A stretch of DNA of 64,000 nt, taken from positions 1,428,692-1,492,691 of the forward strand of contig OZ006978.1 in NCBI GenBank assembly GCA_963931155.1. Direction: 5' to 3'. The stretch comes from an uncultured Clostridia bacterium. Lineage in GTDB: Bacteria; Bacillota; Clostridia; TANB77; CAG-508. Position 1 is the stretch's first letter. Each line of letters opens with the position of its first letter. Below, piece after piece: positions 31,601-42,900 of the stretch. The notes under the pieces were generated by a model. The model saw only the letters and a program-made list of their open reading frames with translations. It made no database searches and was not told the origin of the DNA. Made by a program: the position numbers and the translations under genes.

Positions 31601-34600
31601 TCTTCAGAAGATACTACATTGCAAATAATGGAAAAACGTGAAGATGATTTTTCAAATGTTGGTTATGTTAATCCACAGTTTGCTAATGTGACTACTGAAT
31701 GGAAAGAATATAGTTATACATTAACATTAAGTAAAACTGGATATTTGGGATTTTATGAACCAAATAGTGCAACAATTGAATTTCAAAATTTACAAGTTGA
31801 ACTTGGAAATAGAAAAACAGATTATGAAGAATTTAAATATGACTATAATGCAAATATTGCAGTAACTGTAATAGATGCGAGAAATGAAATTATAACAAAT
31901 GATTATTATGTACGCATTTATAAAAACAATGAGCAAATTCAAGAGATAAGGTATGAAGAAATTGGAGAAGAAAATAAAGTAGAAAATGTTCAAAAATCAT
32001 ACAATATAGAACCAAATGAAACATATAAAATAGAGCTATTAGTAAAAATAGCAGATAGATATTATGAACTAGATTCGCAAGAATTTTCAACAGAAGGTTC
32101 AAGAGAAGTTAAAGGAATACTTAATAAAAATGACTTTTTGAAAATTCAGCCATTTGGTGAATATATAGTATTAAGTGATTTAGATTTATCAGATTTTACA
32201 AGTGGAATGTATCGATTCGGAGCCGATAATTTACAATTTAATGGAAAAATAAATTTTAATGGTAAAACATTAACAAGAGGTATAAAAAATAGTGGTAGTC
32301 CTATTTTTTACTCTATTGGAAAAGAAGGAATAATAGAAAACTTAGATTTTAACATAAAAATGGACAATAATATGGAAAAACAAATGACGGGTGGACTTGC
32401 ATTCGATAATTATGGCAGTATAAAAAATATAATAATTAAATTAACAGAATCTTCAGAATTAAGAAATTCAAAGGTAGCTTTATGTGTTTGGGAAAACTAT
32501 GGAACTATAGAGAATTTTATTTTAAATTTTGAAGTTTCATTGTATGTGAACAATGAAGGAATTGGACTTACTAGTTGGAATTATGGCGTTGTAAAAAATG
32601 GGTATGCATATGGTGAAAATATAAAATTAACAAATAGTGTAAGTAGTAGTTCAAGTGTATGCAGTGTAATTGTAAGGCAAAATTCAAATAATGCAATTTT
32701 AGAAAATATATATACATTAGTAAGTATCGATAATCTTTATCCTGAAGGTAAAAAAGATAAAGCTTGTATTGTATTACAGAATGTAGGTAATGCAACGGTA
32801 CAAAACGTTTATTCTGTGGGATTCGGGGAAAATACAGATTTAACACTTGGACCAAATGTATATAGTAAAGTATCTAAAAAAATTTATAATAATTATTATT
32901 TTTCAAATGAAACATTTACGAGCAAATTTGAAACAAAAGGAAACAAATTATCGTTATGGGATGCAGAGTTTCAAAATCAATTGATAAATACGGATGAAGC
33001 ATTTATTGTAGATGATTTAGTAAATGAAGGCTATTATCCTCAACTTAATTTACCAGATATAATGCCCGCACAAGAATATATAGAATTACCAGAGGTAAAA
33101 GATGCAGATTTGCCAGATATATTATCAACGAAAGTTTTAGAACAAGGTACAGATACTGTTAAGGTACAATTTAGTGTAAATAATCCATCAGCAGAACAAA
33201 TAACAGAAATAAATATACAAAATATAGAAGTAGAAATATTATCGCAAGAATATAATAATGGAAAAAGTATTGTAATAGCAGAATTAAAAAATCCAATTAT
33301 ATGTGTATCAAAATATAATGTAATAAGTTTAACAGTAAAAGGAGCATTTGGAGGAGGATATACAAGACCATATGAAGAAGGAGAAAGAGTAATAAATGTA
33401 GATTTATATAAAGAGATATGGGATGTAAATGATTGGAAAGCTATAAATGAATCGCCAACAGAAAATTATATGCTTATGACTGATTTAGATTTTATAAATG
33501 AGGGAAATACTGTAAATGTTTCAAGAGTAGATGGAATTATAAATGGAAATGGACATACTATATCAAATATAAATTTAACAAATAATTATTATTTTATAGG
33601 AGAGTTATATGGAACGTTAGAGAATTTATTTATTGACAAGTTTAATCAAAGTGTTTCTATATATGGAGGCGCGATTGCGACGGCAAAAACGAATTCTTTA
33701 ATAGATAATGTGCATTTAAAAAATGTACAAATTTATAAAAATTATAAAAATGGACAGTGGGGAGCTGGAGGTCTTTTACGTATTGCTCAATATTGTACAG
33801 TTAAAAATTGTTCGGTTAATAATATAAAGATAAATACAGAAGGAACATCTAATGAAATTAGTGTAGGTGGTCTTGTTGGAATATCTGAAGGTACAACAAT
33901 AGAGAATTGTTTTGTACAAGGATTAAATGTGACTGATTCTAGGGGAGTTAGTTCTGGTATAGGAGGAATAGTTGGAATTGCTCGTGGTTCAAATAGAATT
34001 AAAGCTTGTTATTCAGAAGGAATTATAAATTCTGACAACTTTAATGTTGGAGGTATTGTAGGAAAAGTGGAATCAAAAGACAACATAGAAAATTGTTATT
34101 CGAAAGTAACAATATCAACAACAAACATTAATGTTGGAGGTATAATTGGCAGTTATTCCGAAACAGATTTAAGCACTATAGAAAATAATTTAAGCATTGG
34201 AAATATATATACAACATCTGGAATAAATACTTTAAATAGAATAGTTGGAAACAATAATGATACGGTAAATAATAACTATGCTTATGAAAATCAAAAATTA
34301 AATGGCTATATAAGTAAAGAAGAAAAAGGAGCAACGCTTTTAGATAAAAATAACATATTAAACTTGAATTTAGGAGAGAGTTATAATTATGACAATAAAT
34401 CAAGAGGAATATTACCGAAATTATATAATACAGAAGGAACAGAGTTATTACCAAACCAGAGCGATATATTATTAGATAATACTTCAGAAGATATGTCAGA
34501 ATTGGAAGTAAAAAGTATAGAAGCATCAAAACCTAATACAACTGAAGCAGAAATTTCTATTAGTATTAATAATCCAGAACAAATTGAAATAACAGGAGTA

Positions 34601-37600
34601 ATAATAGAGGACATGACTGTTACGGAAGTGTCGAGAAATGTAACTCAAAATGGAATGACTAATATTGTAGTAAAAGCAACACCTAATAGATATTATGATA
34701 GTTACAAATTAACTGGAATATATTATAAAGATTTAAAAGGTGAAGAAAAAATAGTAGAATTGGAAGCTGAAATTGAAGTACAGTTTTATAAAGAAATATA
34801 TACATATGAAGATTGGCAAAGTATAGAAGAAGGTACATATCAAAATTATAGATTAATGGCAGATATAGATTTTAGCGGAAGAACTAATGTAAAAAACAAT
34901 ATAACAGTAAATAGATTGGAAGCGGAAAATAGAATTTATACTTTAAAAAATATTGATTTATCATATGATTCACCAAATACAGGATTAATAAATAATGTAA
35001 AATCAAGCATAAAAAATATAGGCTTTGAAAATATAAAATTAACAAACACATCAAATTCTGGAAATTATTTTGGCGTAATATCAAGTAACAGTGGCAATAT
35101 GGAAAATTTAAATTTTAAAGATATAATTATAAATGCTAAAGGCATAAGTTATTTAGGATGTATTGGGGGAATGGTTTCAGGCGATGGAATAAAAAATATT
35201 AAATTACAGAATATAACTATAAATGGAAATGGTTATATAGGAGGTTTGCTTGGATATATTAAATTAGATAAAGAAGGAATCATAAAAGATATAAAAGGAA
35301 ATAATCTTACAATTGAAGGAAAAAGTAATTATGTTGGAGGAATTATAGGATATCAATATGGAAAGTATCTTGAAACAAGCAATATTTCTATTAGTGATTC
35401 AAATATAAAAGGCAATGATTATACTGGTGGTATTTGGGGATATATTTATTACTATAAAATTACTTATTTGGTTGTTAATAATTTAGATATTTCAGGACAT
35501 TCGCATGTCGGTGGAATTGCAGGTTATTCAATAACTATTTCTAGTGCAACGGAATATTTATATCAGAATATGGAAATATTAGATTCTGATATTACAGGAA
35601 CTGGTAATTATATTGGTGGTGTTACTGGTTATAGCTATGGAGGTAATATTAAAAATTTTTCTTCAAGTAATTGCACTATTAATATACCAAATTCGAATTC
35701 TGAAGATATAGGAGGAGTTGTAGGAAGAACTGCATGGGTAACTGTTAGTAACTTTGACATATCTAAAATAGAAATCTATGGAAAAGGCAAGAATGTAGGA
35801 GGTATTATTGGAAATAATGCAGACAACGAATCTGCAGATGGTGATGCTATTAATGGATACTTGAGTGAAGGCTTTATCGAGGGCAATCAAAATGTTGGAG
35901 GAGCAGTTGGAAGAGCAAGTTATGGTTCAATCAGGGACATATATATAAATGCAAATGTAAATGCAGAATATAGTTGTGCTGGGGGAGTATTTGGATATAT
36001 GGATAACACTAGAATGACAGCATCTGGTTTTCAATTGAAAGTGACAAATTCAATGGTATTAGATACTCAGGTAAAATCATCAACAAAGTCAGGAGGAATA
36101 ATTGGAGATATGGCAAAAGCAATATATAGAGAACAAGTATTTTATTACAATAACTATATAGATGCAGATGTAACAAGTGATAATACATCAACTGGTTCAC
36201 TAATAATTGGAGGAAGACCAGATGAAAATCCATACATTACAAATACATACGTATATAAGTACAGTACTTTAAATGGAGATTATGTATACACAACAAATGA
36301 TAATATAGATGATAAGCAATATTTAGTAAGAAATGATTTGGATAAAACAGAAACATTTAGAGATAAAATTGGACTTGGAACAACTTATTTGGACTATTCA
36401 TCTTTAGCTGAAGGAAAGTATCCAAAAATAAAAGATTCTTATTTATATGAACCAGATCTACAAACAGGGATAGACTTACCAACAGATCCAGACATTACAA
36501 TAATCAATTCATTAAATGATGCAAATACAGTAGGTAACAAAAATAATCTTGCGAACACAAATGATATTTCAACTCAAAGCATAGAAGCATTACCAACTAT
36601 TACAGCATATCCAGTTTCAGTAAATGAAATAAACATAGATTTTAGCTCAATGCCAGAAGGAGTAAGTTTCACATACTATATAAACGGACAAGAAAAAGAA
36701 AAGATAGATTTAGCAAATAAGACATATACATTTAATTACAATTATCAAGATACATTAGAAATAAAACTTACAAATAGCACAGATGAAGAAACAATCACAA
36801 TAAATCCTGACAATGTAAGAAGTGAGGCAAGCTTAGTAGGAGATAACAACGCATACATACTTGGAACAAGCTTATTCATTAATGGAGAATTGCAACAAGG
36901 GGAATATGTAAATGTATATGGTGGATTCGCATTAAATAAAAATGGACAAGTATTTGATATCGCAACAAAACAATTAGTTAGAAAAGATGCTACAACTACA
37001 ACAATTCTTTCAGAAACTGCAAAACCACTTCATACATACAACTACAAAGATAATAACATTGAAGTATATGGAACATATAGCAAAGTAAATGATAATGTAA
37101 AATCACAAATATACAACGTAAGAAGCGGTATATTATCAGCACTATCAAATAATTTAGACATGAAGATAAACAACTATATATCAGACAACTATAATAATAA
37201 AGAATACCAAACAATATTATCAAAAAACGGAGAAATAGTAGACTTAAAAGAAAAATTACAATATCCAGGAAACTTCTTTAGCAGAAATATAAAGCAAATA
37301 GTACAAAATAATGACCAAGAAAAAACAGAAATGATGGTATTGTACAATACAGGAAAAGTAATAGTATTTAACTATGTAACAGGAGAAGTTATATATGAAA
37401 ACGACGAAAAAGCAGATGAAGGACTAGTAGATTATATAGCTGGAAGTGTATCAAACATATGGGATAATTATGAAGAAAAACAAGAGGAATATTCAAAAGG
37501 AAAAGAATTAGCAGCAAAGCTTTCAGAAATGCCAATAGAAGAAGCAATGAAGCAAAAAAATAACAACAATAATGGAACAGCAATAGAAATGGCAAACAAT

Positions 37601-37906
37601 GAGCAAGAAGAAAGTAATACAATTACAAATAGTGCAGATAATTATATTACAGTATATAATGGAAACACAGATGAATATGATGTATATAGTGCAAATGAAA
37701 TCATAGGAGGAGAAGAAGAAAATCCAGTATCAGAAACAGAAAAAATAAAACAAAATGGACTAGAAAATATATACAAATATGCAACAAAAGAAGAAACGAA
37801 ACCACAAACAAACGGAGCTGTGATAGTAGCTGTAATAATTGTTGTAGCAATAATTGCATTAGTTATACTAAGAAGAATAATTATAAACAACAATAGGAAA
37901 AAATAA
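28659..37906 (+). CDS. Giant (~3080 aa) GLUG-repeat surface protein, paralog 1. It has N-terminal signal-anchor and C-terminal TM segments. It is phase-OFF in this assembly: the RBS-proximal ATG at 28659 is out of frame with the main ORF (28754-37906) because of the (AG)8 tract.
   Basis: N-terminus MRKAKNRMALERERE, then (AG)n, then TLLNNLPVFILVGIVVMLIILVV... The ectodomain has a shared N-terminal module, Fn3/Ig-like domains, a CBM-like variable module and long arrays of ..NVGGIIG../..VGGLVG.. (GLUG-type) repeats. The C-terminal TM is ..AVIVAVIIVVAIIALVILRR. Confidence 0.85.
28688..28703 (+). repeat. (AG)8 microsatellite inside the 5' coding region of giant gene 1
   Basis: Direct reading of the sequence. 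It lies between the upstream ATG (28659, frame 0) and the signal-anchor/main ORF (frame 2). Confidence 0.95.
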
Positions 37907-37974
37907 CATATCATATATGATATCTATGAAATATATGAAGAAAAATTATTTAGAAACTAAATAAGATAATTAAA

Positions 37975-38022
37975 AAGAAGAAGATTAAAAATAAAACAAC
38001 TAAATCTTCTTCTTTTTTAAAG
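37975..38022 (+). terminator. Rho-independent terminator after giant gene 1
   Basis: AAGAAGAAGATT-loop-AATCTTCTTCTT then a T-run. Confidence 0.75.
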
Positions 38023-38033
38023 TCGTTTGAAAA

Positions 38034-38081
38034 ATGTGCAAATTTTCACAAAAGTCCTTTGAAAAATGTGTAAATTTTCAC
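38034..38081 (+). promoter_or_regulatory. Two tandem Crp/Fnr-family-like palindromes (TGTGCAAATTTTCACA and TGTGTAAATTTTCACA) inside a 33-bp tandem direct repeat, upstream of the COG1373 ATPase promoter
   Basis: TGTG-N8-CACA inverted repeats read from the sequence, centred ~32 bp apart. A third partial half-site overlaps the -35. Confidence 0.4.
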
Positions 38082-38089
38082 AAAAGTCG

Positions 38090-38118
38090 TTTGATTTTTG
38101 TGAAAAATTATGATATAA
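38090..38118 (+). promoter_or_regulatory. Promoter of the COG1373 ATPase gene
   Basis: TTGATT, 17 nt, TGaTATAAT. Confidence 0.5.
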
Positions 38119-38163
38119 TACATATAAACAATTAATATAGATAATCATTAGGAGAGTGATGAT

Positions 38164-39471
38164 ATGTATAGAGATAAAATAGAAGAGTTAAAAAAATGGA
38201 AAGAATCATCTAATAGAAAACCTTTAATAATTAGAGGAGCAAGACAAGTAGGAAAAACTTGGCTAATGAAAGAATTTGGAGAAAAATATTATGAAAAATG
38301 TGCATATATAAATTTCGATGATAATTCAAGAATGAATAAACTTTTTGAAGAAAATTTTGACCTAGACAGAATAATACAAGGATTAAAAATAGAATCAGGT
38401 GTAAATATTGAGCCAGAGAACACTTTAATAATTTTTGATGAAATCCAAGAAACACCTAAAGCATTAAAAGCATTAAAGTATTTTTATGAAAATGCTAATG
38501 AATATCATGTAATATCAGCAGGTTCACTTTTAGGAGTTGCAATACATAGTGGAACTTCATTTCCTGTTGGAAAAGTAGATTTTTTAGATTTGATGCCTTT
38601 AAGCTTCTTTGAGTTTTTAAACGCATTAAATGAAAAAGATTTAGTAGAGCTGTTAAAAAGTAATGATTTTAACATGATTGATGTGTTTTCTTCTAAATTG
38701 AAAGATTATCTAAAAATTTATTATTATGTAGGTGGAATGCCAGAAGTTGTTAATTCTTATGTACAAAATAAAGACTTAGTAGAAGTACGAAGAATACAAA
38801 AAACATTACTAGAAGATTATGAACAAGATTTTTCTAAACACGCACCTAATAACATTGTGCCAAGAATTAGGCAGTTATGGAATAATATACCTACACAACT
38901 TGCGAAGGAAAATAAAAAATTTATCTATGGATTAGTAAGAGAGGGTGCAAGAGCAAGAGAATATGAAATAGCGTTATCATGGTTAATAGATTGCGGTCTT
39001 ATATACCAAGTAAATAGAGTAAATAATAGTAAAATACCATTGTCAGCATATCAGGATTTTAGTGCATTTAAATTGTATTTACTTGATGTAGGATTATTAT
39101 CTGCAATGTCAGGAATAGATGCAAAAACTATTTTAGAAGGAAATGAAATATTTAATGAATTTAAAGGAAGTTTAACAGAACAGTATGTTCTATGCCAATT
39201 AAAGCAATGTACAAACCTAGATATTTTCTATTGGTCAGCAGATACAGGAACAGCAGAGGTAGATTTTATAACACAAATAGGAACAAACAATGTTCCTATA
39301 GAAGTAAAAGCAAGTGAAAATTTACAAGCAAAAAGTTTAAAAACATTTGTGCAAAAATATAACACAAAAATTAATGTAAGAACTTCAATGTCTGATTACA
39401 GAAAAGAAGATTGGCTTATAAATATACCTCTATACAGCATAGGCAATATAGAAAAAATAACACAAATGTAA
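38164..39471 (+). CDS. AAA+ ATPase of the COG1373 family (AAA_14 N-domain plus DUF4143-type C-domain)
   Basis: Walker A GARQVGKTW and Walker B IIFDEIQ, about 430 aa, and a C-terminal domain with the CQLKQ..DIFYW..E(V)DFI pattern typical of this family. Confidence 0.8.
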   Translation: MYRDKIEELKKWKESSNRKPLIIRGARQVGKTWLMKEFGEKYYEKCAYINFDDNSRMNKLFEENFDLDRIIQGLKIESGVNIEPENTLIIFDEIQETPKALKALKYFYENANEYHVISAGSLLGVAIHSGTSFPVGKVDFLDLMPLSFFEFLNALNEKDLVELLKSNDFNMIDVFSSKLKDYLKIYYYVGGMPEVVNSYVQNKDLVEVRRIQKTLLEDYEQDFSKHAPNNIVPRIRQLWNNIPTQLAKENKKFIYGLVREGARAREYEIALSWLIDCGLIYQVNRVNNSKIPLSAYQDFSAFKLYLLDVGLLSAMSGIDAKTILEGNEIFNEFKGSLTEQYVLCQLKQCTNLDIFYWSADTGTAEVDFITQIGTNNVPIEVKASENLQAKSLKTFVQKYNTKINVRTSMSDYRKEDWLINIPLYSIGNIEKITQM

Positions 39472-39497
39472 AAATTCTATAAAAAATAAAAAATACT

Positions 39498-39526
39498 CTT
39501 CCAATTTAAAAAAGATATGTTATAAT
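39498..39526 (+). promoter_or_regulatory. Promoter of the copy-2 leader/giant gene
   Basis: TTCCAA-like -35 and extended -10 TGtTATAAT. Confidence 0.45.
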
Positions 39527-39653
39527 GAAAATGTCCTAAAAAGGATAGTATTTTCTTAGACAAGAATGTCTAGTTTTGTACAGATATAAAAGGACAAATG
39601 TTAAAACGCAGACAGCAGAAAAAAATAAAAAAAGGAAAGGAAAACCAGAAAGA

Positions 39654-39869
39654 ATGATAGCACGTGAAAGTCGCATGGCTCTAGAGAGAGAGAGAGAGAG
39701 AGAGAGAGTTACACTATTAGATAACAGATTCTTCGAAGGAAGAATCCTATTAAACGTGCTTAAAACTTTTAATAGAATAGATAAGTTAATTACAGGGATA
39801 GACTGTATCACTGTAAATGTTAGTAAAAGAAACATTTATGGTGATATGGCCTATCCTTTTTGCGTGTGA
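39654..39869 (+). CDS. Leader peptide ORF (71 aa) containing the (AG)13 tract and reading through the downstream terminator hairpin
   Basis: RBS AAAGGAAAGG then an ATG. The peptide is MIARESRMALE(RE)n..RFFEGRILL..TGIDCITV..AYPFCV*. Its stop lies immediately 3' of the terminator T-run. The other two frames stop within 6 codons after the repeat. Confidence 0.5.
   Translation: MIARESRMALERERERERVTLLDNRFFEGRILLNVLKTFNRIDKLITGIDCITVNVSKRNIYGDMAYPFCV
39683..39708 (+). repeat. (AG)13 microsatellite in the copy-2 leader ORF
   Basis: Direct reading of the sequence. Confidence 0.95.
39795..39861 (+). terminator. Strong composite intrinsic terminator/attenuator inside the copy-2 leader, upstream of the giant-gene start codon
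   Basis: GGGATAG..TATCAC..AAATGTT-loop-AACATTT..GTGATA..CTATCC (20 bp of nested stem) followed by TTTTT. Confidence 0.7.
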
Positions 39870-39925
39870 AAAGTAAGTATTTAAAGAAAAATAAGAAATC
39901 AAAAGCAGAAAGGAATTGAGGTATA

Positions 39926-42900
39926 GTGAGAAAAGATAGAATAAATAAAATACAAGTAAATAATAAAAAGAAACGTAAAGAAAAGAGAGGATTGAACAAT
40001 AAAGGAAAAGGCAAAAGAATAAATGTAAAGAATTTACCTACATTTATATTGATAGGACTAATCTTAATGATAATCATAATAGCAATAATCTATTATGTGT
40101 TTTTAAGGTATGCACCAGAACAAATAATAACATATAGTGGATATGCAATAGAGGGACAAGCATTAGCAGAAAACTTAAAAAATAGTGACATATCTAATGT
40201 TAAGCCATACTTGGATTTAGTAGAAGTACAAGAAAATGATTTATTGTATAAAAGATTAAATTCATACTATGTAGGTGAAGATGATAAAAAAGAGATAGAT
40301 ATTAATTATCCTATATACATAAACAATGGAAATGCTCTTTTAAACATAGGAAAGAACACAAAACTAATAACAGTAAATTATGAAGAAGTAGAAGGATATC
40401 CAGAGTTCATGATGACAGATGGAGTAATGTATAATGGAGCAGACTTAACAAGAGCAGATGGAAATAAATATATATTCTTAAAGAGTGAAGATGAAATATA
40501 TACAAATGTAGGAGCAATAAAGATAACAACAGTGTCAAACACATATAACATAAAAGAATTTAGTAATATATACTTTACAGAAAATGCTATTACATATTAT
40601 GAAATGGAAGATGGATATTTACAATATAAGAGAATAGATGATGTAGATAAAAACTCAAAAATAGAAGTAAATGGAGAAAGTTTAACATATAAAACATTCC
40701 TAGAAAGATTAGGAATAATAGATACAGAGGAAAACAACAGCAATGATAAAAAAGATAATGAAACCGAAGAAGCAAACAAGATAAATGAAAATACAGTAGA
40801 AGAACCAGAGCAAGTAAATGAAGAAAACTCAATAGATGAAAACAATAATACTAATGATTCCACAGAAAATAAGCAAGAAGAAAATCAAGAGCCAGAATGG
40901 CAAGAAGGAATGTGGGAAAAACCAGAAGTAAGTTGTACAGACTTTGAAGGAGAAGTATACACAATAAGAACAAATTTATCAGTAAGAGATAGAGCAGGAG
41001 TTATAACAAGAGGAATAACATTTGAAATATATTTAGATGGAAGATTAAACAGAAGAGTACAAGCTAGCCAAGCGGGAATACTAGAAATAACAAACTTAAG
41101 ACCAAGTTCAGAATATGAGATAAGAGGAATATTCTATTACAATGATAAAAACGGAGTAGAACAAGAAGAAGAGTTCTACACAGGAAAAGTAACAACAAAA
41201 TCAATAGATACATTAGGAACATTAGACTTTAGCTTCCAAAATGGAAAGATATATTCAAATAAAATAGAGCTAATACATCTAAAACTAAATAACAACATAG
41301 ATGAAGAAGTAATAAAAGGAATATCAAGGTTGCAAATAGAGATAGGAGATATAGCATATAGATTAAGTAATAACCAAGTAAATGATATAAAAGCAGGAAA
41401 AGAAATAACATACCAAACAAGTGAAAGTCTAACATCAAATAGTAGGATAAAATACAAAATAACAGCATTTGATAGATTTGGAAACGAATTAAAGGAGAAG
41501 AACAATGAAGGAGAAACAATAACCTCAAAACAAATGCCAACAGCAAGTATAAGACCAACAAAACAGGATGTAACAGAAATAGAGATAGAAGTAACACTAA
41601 ACAATAAAGATAATGTAAAACTAGAAAACTATAGATATGAAATAACAAACCAAAGCGGAGAAGTAGTAAAGAGTGGAGCATTAGGAAAAAACGATAATGG
41701 CACAGATGGTGGAAACTCCAATGAAGGAGAAAATATAAAAGATGGTACAAAGGAAACATTAAAATTTAACGACTTAGACCCAAATGGATATTATCAAATA
41801 GTAATCTATGGAGACTATGACCTGGAAGATGGAACAGGAATAAAAGAAAATGCAGAATTAGGAAGAGGAAGTTTTGTAACAAGACCGATAGCATCATTAG
41901 GATATATGCAAGTAAAAATAGATGATAAAGAAATAACACAAAATAGTATGAACCTTGGAATAAGCATAGATGAAAACCAAACAGATGCAAGACTTTTAGC
42001 AATACTAGATAAAGTAGAAGTAGTTATATATGACCAAGGTAAAAATAGCGACCAAATCAATCAAGGACAAGAAGAACAAAGCAAAGAAACCGAAGTACAA
42101 CGCATCACCTTCACTAAGGAACAAGTTCAGCAACTAAAAGTAGCAGAAGAGGTAGAACAAGACTTAGAGAGGCTAAATTCAAACACAATATACAGAATAG
42201 ATGTAATAACAACAGTAAAACAAGGAACAGTAGAAGAAATAGTAGAAGATAAACAAAACATAGAACAATTAATAACTTTAAAAATGCCAGCAGAAGTACA
42301 AATAAAGAACCAATTTGTAATAGGTACAATGATAGATCTAGACATGAGGATAGAGGATCTAGACAATGCAGTATTAACAAACAAAGTAAGAATAGAGGTA
42401 AGAGATAAAGACAATAAATTAATAGACTTAAGCGAAATGCAAACAAATGCAGACTACGAAAGAAAAACATATGAAGATTTAACACCTAATGAAGAATATA
42501 GAATAATAGTATATGCACCACAATACAACATAGGAAGTACAGATGAAACATATGAAGCAGATTACATCTTAAAAGAAATAAAGATAGTAACAGAAACAGG
42601 AATAAGTGGAAAGCTAGACTTAATAGGACTAGAAAAAGCACCAACAGGAAAGAACCTAGTAGATGTAAGCTCAAAAGTAAATTGGTTTGAAAGATGTTTC
42701 GATTTATCATATTCTTATGGTATAAATTATGACGAAAACACAAAAATACTCAAATTAGGAGAAAAACTAAGTGACAGTATGAAAAAGAAAGACTATTACG
42801 ATTTAAGCGAATATTTAGGACAAGAAGTAACAATAAGTTTTAAGGCAAGAACTGAAAATAATGCAAAATTGGAAGTGATAGAGAAACTTAATAATGACTT

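Noticed and set aside
28731-37914. Dozens of 60-190-aa minus-strand and alternative-frame ORFs inside the giant genes (for example 29094-29576, 30519-30938, 40590-40863, 53071-53783), mostly Leu/Phe-rich
   Set aside because: They are the reverse complement of A/G-rich (Lys/Glu/Asn) codons in long, stop-poor coding regions. They have no RBS and no conservation independent of the sense gene, and their low complexity matches this origin.
39576-39653. N-terminal 26 residues of the 97-aa track ORF (MYRYKRTNVKTQTAEKNKKRKGKPER) as part of the leader peptide
   Set aside because: They have no RBS. The conserved leader start (RBS followed by M-x-basic-..-R-M/T-A-L-E-R) aligns with the ATG at 39654 in all copies. 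The upstream part is 5' UTR that happens to be open.
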